63,383 nucleotides of DNA, filler included, from Aduncisulcus paluster (GCA_024181965.1; 8 parts of 8 records of this genome joined end to end with filler, not necessarily neighbours in it); one strand, 5' to 3'; shown: positions 34,242 to 46,662, numbered from the whole stretch's first letter. Notes: a model not told the origin generated them from the sequence alone. Translations and numbers: made by a program.

Positions 34242-37200
34242 GATTCAACCTCTTCCTCCCTCATAACTCTAGCTTCCTGATAACTCTGACTGTTGCCTGA
34301 AGGTGTTCTCTTCTTCGACGATTGGTCCTCTTTCTCTTTCTTCCTCGACTTGGACTTAGATTTTGAGTGGGTAGAATTATACACATTATGGCCACTATTA
34401 TTGTTATTTGAGCCATTCGCTCCACTAGAAACGACTGGAGTGGCGGAGGTACTTCCTCTTGTCAACTCCACACTTTCCAACGCACCTGTGCCGACAACAT
34501 CCCCAGAGTTAGGCTCAAGAGGCTGTTGAGGGGCAATCGTAGACTCACGTCGACGTCGTTTGCGATCAGTTCCACGCTCACAGAGTTTAATGCTCCAGGT
34601 CTCTGAACTCTTCAGTTTCTCATATTTCCGAATCTTTTGACATATTCTTCCATCGTAAATACAGGCTTCTTTGAGTAATGAGGCACTCTCAACGTTTCCC
34701 AGGACCCCATCTCTGAAATCCCGAATAAAGAACCCAGTGACATTCGAGAGGGCTTGGGAAGGTTTCAACTGTGGTATGAATCTGAGAAGTAAATATCTAG
34801 TGCGTGCAATAATGGACATTAACGAAGGCAATTTCTTGTAACTTCCACTTTGTCGGAGCGATGGAGTCTCTTCAACAAGCATTCCAGCCCACAGAATGCT
34901 CTGGAGAAACCCACAATCCTTCTCAACAGTGCTCAACGATGTCAACATGACATCACAAGTGAAAGGCGATGAAAACATGGGATGTGACTTCAAGTGTACA
35001 ATCTCATTGCTTCCCCCAGATATGGCAAGAGGTGGTGCAGAAGAAGAAACCGTTGAAGAAGAGGAAGAGACAGAGCTAGAAGTTGACTTATGGCTTGATT
35101 TCCTCCGAAAAGATGAAGATGTGCTCCCTCCGTGTATTCGAGACGAATGGGAAGAAGATGTGACCGAAGACAAATCAGAGGAAGAAGAGGAGGAGATGGA
35201 AGATTGGACAGACACTCGAATTTGACCCTCACGTTTAACATCACTCGGATCAAAATCATCCTTCCACATCGCATCACGCTCATGCTCAGCTATCGTGTGA
35301 ACATGCTCACAGAAACTACCGACTGTTCCGACGTCGATATCATGTCTTATATCGATCTGAGTTGCAAACAGATCGAATAACGGGTCAAAGTTCTTCCTCT
35401 TCTTCTCTCCTTCAGATCTTCCAAAGACTTTCTCTTTTGTGGCCCTTCCCTTGATTTTCCCACATTTAAAACAGTCAATAACACGCATAATCTGCAATGT
35501 CTTCTTACTTCCGAAATATGACAGAACTTGTTTATGTGGGAGAGAGGTATGGAGTTCATCGAGCCAATCTGAAACACTATCGGGTCTACCAGGGCCTATC
35601 AACAAGAGAGGTCCCTGAACTCCAATAAACTCCAGCATCAGATGGAACATAATGGAACATTTCCTCACCACAGCAGCCACACGAGGGGGAGAAAGAGAGA
35701 AAGTGGCCTTGTGCATCTCAATCAAAGGAGAAGAAAGGAACGAGAAATGGGAATAATTGGTGAGAACAGAGGCCTTATCATCAGGATTCTCTGATTTAAT
35801 GGTTGTATCACCCTTTAATATGGCGGAAACAATTGCAAGTACCTTTTTATGGTCAACAGATCCATTACTTGGAATGTCAGAATTCCATCCATTCTCCTTC
35901 CTTTCCTCTTCTGACATATTGAGGAGCTCATCCCAACGACATGAGGCAAACACACCCTCTCGTGGAACGGGAAGAGTTTTCTTTGTCACATGGTGTCCCT
36001 TGGCTTGCTTTTTGTTCTCTTGTTTGATGATAACATCCAGTTTCTCCCTTGCATCCTTCTCAGACTTCTCCTTATCATACACGATTGACATGCACTCCCC
36101 AAGCTCACGACAGCTTAGCCACTCACTTGCACCCCACACACAAGGAGCGTAGTGAAGCAGAGGGATGGGCCCTGTGGAACCGGAGGAAGCAAGAGCAGGG
36201 AGGAAAGAGAGAGAGGATATTGTGAGAGACGGATACTTCGCTATGACTGCGAGCGGAAAGAGATGAATTACAAGAAACGGGATGAGAATTCGCATCCAAG
36301 AAGGAGCGTTGACGGAAGCAATTGAGATGAAGGGACACTGCTTAAGGACTTCAAGGTGCCTGGCAAGAACTTCAGGAGCAAGCATTGCATCCATCAAGCT
36401 TTCTCGACTTTCAGGACCAGTATAATCACCTTTATCAATCAATGAAACTTTTCCAACAAGAGTATTATGGTTGACGACCACTTCACAACTCTTCACAAAC
36501 GTCGACAAAAGCGTCAATTGTGGATCTTTGCCAATATCATATGCATAATCAAGCTTTGAATCCCCCATAAAGGCTGAACAGAGACCATCGAGAGTGGGAT
36601 ACTTATCAGAGTTACCTGATTCAAAAGCAGCAAGGACTTCAGGGCCATTAATAATCGATTCAAGGGATCCTTTGGTCTCCCATGTTGCCATATCAATGTT
36701 TTGATGGACCCATTTGACAAGATAAAGTTGTTCTTCAGGTCCATTCGGAATACCGAGAAAAAGTTGTGAGAGAGGAGTATAAACGGCTTCATATTTCGGC
36801 ACTGTGGGTGTATCTGCAGAGCAAAGAATCCTCTCTGCAATGAGGTAATCTGGAGAGAATACACTTCGGAACTGACATACCAAGGAATCAGAAATTGGTT
36901 GAGTTGGATTGTAGCGTAGGGACAGATTTTTGTGCGAAGAATTGGATATTTTTCTCGTGAACATTTTAATCTTTGGATCTAATTTACGATTATTGTAAGA
37001 TGAAATGAAATCTCCAGAAAGCCATACTAAATCGTGGTATGCCCTTCCGACCTAATATATAACACATAATATTTAATAAAAACCAAAAAGATATTAAAAT
37101 TATAGTTAAAAAATGACAATGACAGAATTAGAATAGACGATAAAATCACAAAATACAATATCACAAGATACATACAATTTTACATAGAAATTCTTGAGAT

Positions 37201-37373
37201 GGCTGATTTCTCATAGCAATTATTGTCTCAATATGCGGTAGTACAGCAGTGTATTCAACCGACGGAGAACGTAACATAGTTTTCATTTTTTCAATTGCAA
37301 CTTCTCTATATTTATAAAATACAGGAAGCGCATAATAAGGCGGCAATAGTAATACATTATTTTTGGATTCCAT
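34242..37373 (-). CDS. CHD-like protein: tandem chromodomains plus degenerate SNF2 ATPase lobe, spliced, 3'-truncated
   Basis: Intron 37052-37175 (GTATGT...TAG) joins ORF 37161-37373 in frame to 34190-36964, creating chromodomain 1 (EFLCKI/VGRAYHDLVW). Chromodomain 2 is AERIL...YLVKWVHQNIDMATWE. SNF2-like segments are GPLLLIGP...SYFGSK and CDVMLTS...FLQSILWAGMLVEET. Confidence 0.75.
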
Positions 37374-37515
37374 TGAATCCTTTAGTTACCACAATAAGGC
37401 ACAAGTTAAAAACATTGCTGTGCGGCGTTTGAATAAATCAAATCCAAACTATAAAGTGTGAAATTTAAATAAATCATCGAATAAATTTATTTTTCTTCCT
37501 TAAAAGAAATTACCT

Positions 37516-40500
37516 ATGTTAAACAGCAGTTTTCTTTCATTTGGGACGAAGACAAAACTTTTGAAAATGGATTTATGGTATATTTGTCATAAAATAGAAT
37601 CTACACTGTATTTGGCGCTCTCTAATCAAGGTCAAATTGGCTTTTCACAATTTCCCGAAAAACAAGTTTCCAAACACTNNNNNNNNNNNNNNNNNNNNAA
37701 TCCAAACTATAAAGTGTGAAATTTAAATAAATCATCGAATAAATTTATTTTTCTTCCTTAAAAGAAATTACCTATGTTAAACAGCAGTTTTCTTTCATTT
37801 GGGACGAAGACAAAACTTTTGAAAATGGATTTATGGTATATTTGTCATAAAATAGAATCTACACTGTATTTGGCGCTCTCTAATCAAGGTCAAATTGGCT
37901 TTTCACAATTTCCCGAAAAACAAGTTTCCAAACACTTAATTTTAATATTACAAATGGCAAAAAATATGAAAATGTTTTTAAAACACGACATCATTGACTT
38001 TTCAATGGGTAATTTTCGAATATTGCTTAAGTGTGGAAAGCACTTTGAATATATATTGATATCACCTTCTATCTATCCATTATCTATTTCGCAACAAAAA
38101 CTCCGAAGCATTGAAAATATTATTAATTATAGAGTTCCAGAATCAGTTGTTACTGCAAAGAATCCCCAGTATTCATTTTTTAAATCGAATTTATCTCTGT
38201 TCTCTCATATTTCAACAAAATTACATTTAATCAATACAAATCCTGCACACTTGCTTGATGAAACCCGATCTCGACCTGAGTTTAAGAGAGATTCTGCTAT
38301 TTACATTTTAAATCTAAGGCATATGAAAAGAGTGATTTCCTCACTTCAACACATACAAAAAGTCACCAATTCGGACCATATTATCTTTTTTAACCGTGAA
38401 GGTGGAGTATTATCCTCTGTCAATAGAAAGAAACCTCTTCAAACCAAGGATATTCTTTCTCTTGCTCTCACTGCCCACATTCTTCAACGAAAACCTCTCT
38501 CTGCTGCCCAATCGACTGCTTCTATTCTCCTCCCCAGTGTCCAATTAATATCTCCCACTGAACATGAGTACTTGAAGTGCGGAGTTCCCTGTGTGTGGGA
38601 TGGTATTACCAAGAGAGCTCTTCAGATGTATTCTCCTGAAGATTCTGCATGTATGCAAATTATTTGTCTCAAAATGATTCTATTTATAGAGTCATTGCTT
38701 GGATCCTTGGAGGAAGAAGGGATATTACCCTCCTCCTCTCCATCCTCCTCTTCTACTCCTACAACTATGTCATCCTCCTGTGGAATGACCTTGTTTTTGT
38801 ATAGTTTATTTGGTCTCACGAAACAATTCCTTACCCTTCCGTCAGCAGACATCTCCCACAACAGTGGTCTCTTAAGTGAGGCCTTGAAATATATCCTTCT
38901 TCTACCCCCTGCTATGTCCCTAAATACAAAACGTCGTTCGGAGGAGACAAACCCGGACGATGAAAGGAAGATATCTGAGAGAGACATGGCCCTGTACGTC
39001 AAGGTGTTCGGTTCCCAGCTCTGTGTTGTCTATGATGCAATTTATCACTCCAAGTTGGATATTATGCTTCATTTGTTATCCCAGCGATTCTTCCTGGAAG
39101 ACGAGATATCACTGACAAATGTTATTAAGACTCTTCGTTCATTGCTCATGCGTTCATGTCTTCATGTACTATTCACTCCCGGCCTTGCGAAACGAATCCC
39201 AATGGTGGCCACTCTCCAGAAATACTCAACAAAAACAAACATATTGAAACATTTTAATGGGGTCAGCGGGGAGAGATACATTGTCGACGAATCAGAGGAA
39301 CTTCCTGAACAGTTTTCTGGAATTACTCATTCTATTTTTAGAACAAATATTATTTCCGGTGATTCATTTGACGAGCTCCAAGATTCCCTGGTTGCAACTT
39401 GTCGTGAAGAGTTGTCATGTGGAGATTCTCTCTCTCTACCTACCCCTGTTGTAACCCCTTCCCTCGACATCTCCCCTTTCCCCTTGCTCAGCATAGAGCA
39501 TGTGAGTGAAGCATTGTCAAGGGTCTGGAATGGTGCATCCTGGGACTGGGTAAATAACAAGAAGGAACAGACCGATGGGAAAGAAGGAGAAGAAGAAGAA
39601 GAAGAAGGAAAAGAAGAAGAAGAAGGAGAAGAGAAGGAAGAGACTGAACTTGAGGAGGATAAAGAGGATTCCATTACTATATCTGATGCTGGAGAAGGCG
39701 GACTCCGACACTCTTATTCTTCCCTTGAGATTGATGCAGACCACTTCGAGACCTCCGATAGCTCGTCATTCATTGGAATGGCGAGAACTCCACCATTCTC
39801 TGGAAAGGACCCAGACACCCCCGAAGAGCTTGAGTGCGAGAGAGAACGTACCCTGAAATCCTATCGAGGCACTCCACGGACATTATCACCGCACGAAGGA
39901 AAGATGTCTCAGATTCTTGTGTCTGACTTTGACTCAGATTTCCCCTCATTGACTTCGAGTCGCATAGAAGGTGATATCTCTGACATTGACGTGACATCGG
40001 ATGCCTTCGAAGCGAGCACACGCGTCCCTGAGTTTGAGTCCTCTGAGTCTGACTTCGAGAGCTCTATCCATGTATCGCAGAGTGCCACCTTATCTACCAC
40101 TTCATCTCATTCCACACAGACGGGAGATCACTCAGACATCCGTGTTGAGAGTGAGTTTGTTAATTTGCACCGAGCTGACGATCCAGAACATAAACTCTGT
40201 CCTCACTGCGTATCATTCATCGTTATTCCTATTCAGAACAAGATGGGAGTCGTGTGTGTGATTAAGGACAGTTCAAAGTTTGCATTCTTCTCTCAGAAAC
40301 GGAAGATTAAGAAGAAATACACTGACGCAATTGATGCTAAGATCAAAGAGTTCGAGGGTGTTCTTGGCCGTCGCATGAATTGTGTCCTAGCGCGTGCATT
40401 CAATGAATTTGCATCCATTAACAAGAACATTCCCTGTCTTGGCAATTTCATTCCGTCCCCTTCTTCGGTGTCGCCTGTGAATATTATAGACTCAAGAACG

Positions 40501-41613
40501 AGGCATTCCATCACAAAGGATGAGATCTGTGTAAATTATGATTTCTGCGAGGATTTGCTTAAGTGGTTCCATACGTCAGAGACCGTGAAGGCACTTAAGA
40601 AGGAACCTCTTAGCAACGTATATAACCGTCACAAACTAATATACTCTCAGCTGCAGCAAGAGAATGTGTGTCGAGCAGTGTCATTCATTACCAGAGGATT
40701 CAATCACTTTGTACATTTAATCAACTACATGGGCTATCGTCCACTTAAGAGGAGCATACAGATGAAATACCACGGATGCGTATGGTGCTGTTGTTGTAAT
40801 AGGAGGAATGGTGGTTGCAGTGTTCCGTTGATACCTTCTCGTTCTTCTATTCCCCTCTCAGTCAGTGTAGACTGTCCATATATTGAGAAAGGAGGCGCTG
40901 TATTGGCCAATTTGGTCTCCCNNNNNNNNNNNNNNNNNNNNCCACTTAAGAGGAGCATACAGATGAAATACCACGGATGCGTATGGTGCTGTTGTTGTAA
41001 TAGGAGGAATGGTGGTTGCAGTGTTCCGTTGATACCTTCTCGTTCTTCTATTCCCCTCTCAGTCAGTGTAGACTGTCCATATATTGAGAAAGGAGGAGCT
41101 GTATTGGCCAATTTGGTCTCCCCCTCTTTCAAACAACAATGGTGGCGTATTAGGCTCCAGCAAATGATTAGAACATGTGTCAACATGGCTCGTGTGGCTA
41201 TCATTGAAGGTGTGAGTGGAACTATGGTTACTAAGGGTCCATTTAGATATGTATGGAGAATTCTCTCATTTAACAAGAGAAACTGTGCCAGAGATCGAGG
41301 TGGAACATCTCCTTTGGCTTTGTTATCTCCTTCTCAGCGTGGCTCTTTGAAGAAAGGAGGAGCTTTTCATGGTCTCAGCTTGCCTAACGTTGTCAAGAAT
41401 GTTGCACTCACAAGTACAGATATCTCAACAGCCAAATCTGCAGCAATTGTGGGTTCCCATGAATTCTACAATGCTCTTTCAGCCACTTTGGTTCTTAATA
41501 AGCATCGTATTCTTGTCGAATTCTATGGAATATTCCATGCTTCCGTTAGTTATGAAGACATTGATTTCTGCATGTCTGAGAATATGAAGGCTTTCGTGAA
41601 AAGTGCCAAATGA
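37516..41613 (+). CDS. HPS1-like (BLOC-3 / Mon1-Fuzzy tri-longin family) protein
   Basis: The C-terminus (HGCVWCCCCNRRNGGCSVP...VNMARVAIIEGVSGTMVTKGPFRYVW...GSHEFYNAL...VEFYGIFHASVS) parallels the HPS1 C-terminal domain as I recall it, and the N-terminus is longin-like. The start (37516/37774) and the segment around 40922-40941 are duplicated by gaps. Confidence 0.55.
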
Positions 41614-41924
41614 TATAATTCAGTATTCTTCAAGAAAGAATCTCAGATTCTGGATTTTATAAATATATATACTATATATATAGAAACTTTATATAAAAAA
41701 TACTCGTTATGAATATGCAAAATGGTACTTTTTACTATTGTTGAACCAAATCAAACCCATAATCGTTCTATTTTTAGAATCTATATGAAATACTCTCACT
41801 GATATTGAAAAATCGAAATAGAGCAATCTATTGAATTGATAAATGCGCCACTGAAATTGTTTTTTGAATAAAATATTTTGATAAATATAAGAAATTAAAC
41901 TTAGTACAGTCTACTGTATTTTGA

Positions 41925-42284
41925 TTAGGCGGCATAGTATGTATTACTTACAATCAAAGTAATATCTTCACCATTTTTAAGGACTTTTCTAACTGCAGCA
42001 TCCAATGGAACATCATCTCCATTCTCTCGGTAGACTCGAATCGGTGCTCCAGCCTTAATACCGAATTGTTTATCGTAGCGAACTAAAGCAGCCCAACAAC
42101 ACCATTCCACAGTGGGCCACGATTTATCTTCTTCATCATCAATCTGAATCACAAGGGTAGAATCTTGTAAATGCACCTTTGTAATGAAAAGAGGCTCCTT
42201 TTCTTCTTCTAGATGTAAAATGGGACGAGCTGTTTTTTCAGATATCTCTTTAGAGTCTTCAGGGCTTGAAATAGATATTTCCAT
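41925..42284 (-). CDS. Small protein with Par3/HAL N-terminal (ubiquitin-like, DUF3534) domain
   Basis: TVEWCCWAALVRYD...G.PIRVYRENGDDVPLDAAVRKVLKNGEDITLIV. The first ATG is at 42284. Confidence 0.55.
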   Translation of the reverse strand: MEISISSPEDSKEISEKTARPILHLEEEKEPLFITKVHLQDSTLVIQIDDEEDKSWPTVEWCCWAALVRYDKQFGIKAGAPIRVYRENGDDVPLDAAVRKVLKNGEDITLIVSNTYYAA

Positions 42285-42549
42285 TAATGCTCGCCGAATA
42301 TATGTAATTATGTGTTCAAAAATTTCACAAAAAGTGTTTCCAGCCAATTCCAATTAAAATATGGATTTTATCAGCATAAATTTTTATTTAAGGCAATATA
42401 AGATCAAAAATAATTTACCATTTCCCGGTAATATCAATTTACGATTCGCCATGATAAATGGTTGTAGACAATTGTTTTTGATTGATAAGGAGCATCATCT
42501 CCGGATTATTTTCATCTTTTTTAAGTTTTTTTCCCATTAAGAGTTATAT

Positions 42550-45500
42550 ATGACAGCTTTTGCCTTTCAATTCTGCTGGAAGAAAATCTTCCTCATTTTC
42601 TTCCTTATTTTAACATTATTTCTTAAAAATGGAAGTGCTTTGGACATCAAAGAATCAATTGCTTCAGTTTCAGAAACATTTGACTTTTTTAAAGAAGTGG
42701 CTCAGAAAGGATTACCAATTGATGATTTTTCAAGCTTATATTTAGCGTCAAATCCAGATGTATCACGAAATTACATTGACTCGATAGCAAGTGATACTCT
42801 AAGCCTATATGAGGAAAAATTCCAATTAATTGAAGATTATCACTACTCCATTTTCTCCAACCTTCAACAGATCGTATTTTCGCATGATTACTCTGATGAT
42901 AACGATATTCATCCCTCCATATTTGCATTTCCCGGAATGGAACCAATTCCGGCCGATATTTTATCCACGAACTCTGAAATTCCCGATCAATTTGTCGATC
43001 AAAATGGTGTTTCCTTCGATCATAGTTTGGATTATTTCTCATATTCTTATCCACTACTTTACCCACTATCACTAGAATTATATCAAAGGGATTCTTTGCT
43101 CCTCACCAGCGTCAACGAATTGTTCGGAGATTCTCTTGCTTCAATCTCCACAAGTTTCTCAACCGTTTCCAACTTTGCCAGTTACACAAAGATTATTGGG
43201 GCTGGTGGAGTAGAACTAGTATATCCAGGTGTGTATAATGCCCAATGCAATGACGGTTCGGCTATTACTGTAGAGAATCGTGTTGATCGATCTCCTCTTT
43301 CGAATAGAGTTATCCTTGAAAGTAATGCCAATTCCCTTCGTCGTGGAGTTGTTATTTTGCTTGATACGACAATCGACTCATACCTCCTTGATGTTCTTCG
43401 GTATTGTGTAGGAGGGAACATTTACTCGCAAAAAACGCAACAATCTGATATATTCAGCTCCTCGATGGACGATGTGTCAAGTTCTTCCATTGTTCTCACG
43501 TACCATACATTGCTGCTCTCTGTTCTCTCTTCCATGCTCAATTTCATAGACTCTCTTGCATCCGATACTTACTTGGCTGTCGTTAGTACCGATGGTCTAT
43601 GGCGAGGAGACCTTTCCCCTCAATCGGCTTTGATGATAAAAGAATGTTATGGGGACTATACGAGTGAAACCATGACAGGAGGACTCACACGAATGACCAC
43701 ATCTGCTAAAGAAGCACTCATCGGAAATCTATCCAAATATATTGCCTCGATCTCCTCATTTGAAGATCACGTCGTTCCATCTCGCATATCATTTGCTGAT
43801 GCAGAAGATTCTCCAATGTTCGCAGCCACAAGCCTTGGCATCAGAATCCTCAGGGCAGCTGTCGATCCTTCCATTGATCTCTCAACGATTGTAGCAGAGA
43901 AAATTTCGACCCTTGGACAGATGTCAGAGTCTGAGCGAGATCTCCTAACGACTGCAGGGCGTCCCCTCTCTCGCGGTTCTCCCCTCTCCCTTGTGACCTT
44001 TTCCATTGGTTCCACGCCTCCTCCGTATTATATGATATGGCTTCGCAAGCAGTTGAACAGTATCCCTGGAGCTCCAATACTCCCCATATACGTATACTCC
44101 GAGACCCATTCTCTCATCCATGACGCCTATGGTTCCTTTGAGGTTGTCCCATCATCATCCTTCCTATCAGTATCGTCTTCTTTCTCCACTTCTTCCTCCT
44201 CCATCACTCTCGATAAGAGTTTCTCAGAAATACTATCCTCAATTAACACAAAGCTGATCCACTCTATTTCCAAAATTGATGCTTTTCTCGAACAGATCGA
44301 ACTCATCCATGGCGTTGTGCTCCGTGTTTCTTTGAGTGATGCCCATGAGGAAATGCTCAATCTGCGATGCGCAGCCGGCCAATCTGATGAATGGTTGACT
44401 CTCTTGAGTGAATCGGAAGACTTTTGTGTAGATGTTGAGTCCTGCAGTTGTTATGTTGATGCATATTCAAAGTTATTCATGGATACCGAAACAATCACCG
44501 CCGTTTCAAGCTCTCTCACTGAAACCCTGAGTTATTTCTCGTTACAGGCCTATCTCTCTGTTGTTTGTGATCTTGACGTCAAGGACTCTTTGTATCCCTC
44601 TGTCGAACAATGCATGGGTGATTCTTCCCATCTTGTCGATTTGATTCCCTTTACCTTGGCCTCATCAACGGATGATTTCCTTGGAAGGAGTACCATTTCT
44701 CTCTCTAAACCTCTGATTGATTCCCAACACCAAATCATTGGTTATGTAGTCACGTCAATCGATTCTCAAGCTCTTGAGAACTTTCTCTACAATGATAATG
44801 ATTTCTATGCTCTTGCAGAAATTGATTCTCGATATGCCAATTTTGATCTGACAAGACGATACAGTTATCCAATTCTATTTGATATCCATGGAAATTTACT
44901 GGCTCATTCTGCCCTCTCCTCCACTGGAAGCGACAGTACAACGACGGATATCGATATTCTTGAACCTCTTTTTTCTTCAATCGATGGCTCTGAAACATTT
45001 TCTGATCTTGTGATTGAAAAGTGTTTACATAGTCATATTAGAGATGGTACGGCCACTGGAGTTGTGCTCCGCCAAATGACTTTTGCAAAGGAGTTCACAT
45101 CTCTTCTTGAAGTTGAATTTCATTGGACCACAAGCGATTCTGGGTTTATTCTCGTCTTTGGGATTGGATCACAAGACGCTATCACTGTAACAGACCCAGA
45201 GGTGACTGAACCATGTGACTCTAACTACCCTGCAAATTATTCTGAGGATTATATTGCAACCGGTGCTCAGTACGATCCTCTTGAGACTAGGGACTTGTGT
45301 TACTACCCCATATTACTTGGACACACATCTCTCCTCTCCGACTCTGACCTTGCTCTCCTTGGATACACCATCATGAGTGATGAATATACCCTTTTGGCAG
45401 GAAAACGAGTATACGATGGTACCGTGCTGATTCCTGATGATTCTGGGTGGAATATTCAATTTGGCCTTGCTGACGAGAGTGATATCACAGTTGATGTCGT

Positions 45501-46662
45501 CCAGGATGTCTCTGCCTATTTCAATGGCGATCCTTCCAGTCAAGTATGGGCCACAAATGAACAACTCATGAGTGTTCGAACGATGAGTTCGTGTAGTTAT
45601 TACTGGCGATATGATCTATCCAAAACAGATATTCGGAAAACAGTACTGTATTTGAGTGGCATGATCGATGTTTTTTCCCATGATTTATTGGCTTACATGA
45701 TCCAGCCCATTGGATACTCATTGAATCTTGAAGAAAGAGATTACATGCAACAATTGGTAGGGTTTGGAAAGTATAAATATCATTTCTCGCCCACTTTCCT
45801 CATTGCACCCGATTTGATACCCTCTTTTGCCCTCGTTCTTCCTCTGCAAGTTTCAATGAGTGAAGATGCAAACGTTGCCTCAAATGAAATTTCGAGCGTG
45901 ACAAGATTCGGAGGAGTGAGCTTTCTTCTCACTGACCTTGCCCATGAGGCTCTCAGTGAAGGAATATGCAACGATAGTGGATATTCGTGTTATATCGTGG
46001 GAGCATTCGGAAGTATCATGTTCGCTACAGACACGACTCAATTTGAAATCGTTGTATCTACCATTGAGGATGGAGAGAAGATGAATATCACTGAGCTTTG
46101 TCCCGGAATTGCTTCTGTTCTCATCAATGACCTCGAGGTTTTGAAGTTTGTTGATGTTTACACTCCTTTCAGTGGAATTGTTTCTCAACTTGTTTTTGAC
46201 GATGATAAATTCGTCGATTCTGTTGCGATCAGTGTGAGCGGAGAAACGCTTGTCCAATATTATGCGGCTGGTGATGTTCCCTCGGAATGTTCTTCCAATG
46301 CTTCATTCCTCATATTCCGTATTCAAGAGACCTCAGCTTATGTTATTGTTGCGTACAACTATAACGACGATGTCTGCGATACAATTGAATCCACAGCTTC
46401 TTCCACGACTTTAAACACTTCCGAGGATGGATATTATACTTGGTGCGGTGTGCAGAGCATGTATGAAGTGAGTCACGAATGGAGTGGTATCAGTGAAGAG
46501 AATTATTATGATATTTCGAGTTTTATTTTCTCGGAAAGTCAAGCCTCATCAAATATTAATTCCTCGGTATTTGAAATTATCGATTCATATGGTTCATATG
46601 TTGTTTTAGCTACATGTGTTGTTTTTTCTATTATTTCAGTTCTATTATATATCCTATTTTAG
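42550..46662 (+). CDS. alpha2delta/CACHD1-like surface protein (signal peptide, degenerate VWA, Cache domains, C-terminal TM)
   Basis: Hydrophobic N-terminus, RRGVVILLDTT, GRSTISLSKPL...IIGYVVTSID, YPILFDIHGNLLAHS, CNDSGYSCYIVGAFGSIMF, FLIFRIQETSAYVIV and a terminal hydrophobic helix. Confidence 0.75.
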   Translation: MTAFAFQFCWKKIFLIFFLILTLFLKNGSALDIKESIASVSETFDFFKEVAQKGLPIDDFSSLYLASNPDVSRNYIDSIASDTLSLYEEKFQLIEDYHYSIFSNLQQIVFSHDYSDDNDIHPSIFAFPGMEPIPADILSTNSEIPDQFVDQNGVSFDHSLDYFSYSYPLLYPLSLELYQRDSLLLTSVNELFGDSLASISTSFSTVSNFASYTKIIGAGGVELVYPGVYNAQCNDGSAITVENRVDRSPLSNRVILESNANSLRRGVVILLDTTIDSYLLDVLRYCVGGNIYSQKTQQSDIFSSSMDDVSSSSIVLTYHTLLLSVLSSMLNFIDSLASDTYLAVVSTDGLWRGDLSPQSALMIKECYGDYTSETMTGGLTRMTTSAKEALIGNLSKYIASISSFEDHVVPSRISFADAEDSPMFAATSLGIRILRAAVDPSIDLSTIVAEKISTLGQMSESERDLLTTAGRPLSRGSPLSLVTFSIGSTPPPYYMIWLRKQLNSIPGAPILPIYVYSETHSLIHDAYGSFEVVPSSSFLSVSSSFSTSSSSITLDKSFSEILSSINTKLIHSISKIDAFLEQIELIHGVVLRVSLSDAHEEMLNLRCAAGQSDEWLTLLSESEDFCVDVESCSCYVDAYSKLFMDTETITAVSSSLTETLSYFSLQAYLSVVCDLDVKDSLYPSVEQCMGDSSHLVDLIPFTLASSTDDFLGRSTISLSKPLIDSQHQIIGYVVTSIDSQALENFLYNDNDFYALAEIDSRYANFDLTRRYSYPILFDIHGNLLAHSALSSTGSDSTTTDIDILEPLFSSIDGSETFSDLVIEKCLHSHIRDGTATGVVLRQMTFAKEFTSLLEVEFHWTTSDSGFILVFGIGSQDAITVTDPEVTEPCDSNYPANYSEDYIATGAQYDPLETRDLCYYPILLGHTSLLSDSDLALLGYTIMSDEYTLLAGKRVYDGTVLIPDDSGWNIQFGLADESDITVDVVQDVSAYFNGDPSSQVWATNEQLMSVRTMSSCSYYWRYDLSKTDIRKTVLYLSGMIDVFSHDLLAYMIQPIGYSLNLEERDYMQQLVGFGKYKYHFSPTFLIAPDLIPSFALVLPLQVSMSEDANVASNEISSVTRFGGVSFLLTDLAHEALSEGICNDSGYSCYIVGAFGSIMFATDTTQFEIVVSTIEDGEKMNITELCPGIASVLINDLEVLKFVDVYTPFSGIVSQLVFDDDKFVDSVAISVSGETLVQYYAAGDVPSECSSNASFLIFRIQETSAYVIVAYNYNDDVCDTIESTASSTTLNTSEDGYYTWCGVQSMYEVSHEWSGISEENYYDISSFIFSESQASSNINSSVFEIIDSYGSYVVLATCVVFSIISVLLYILF

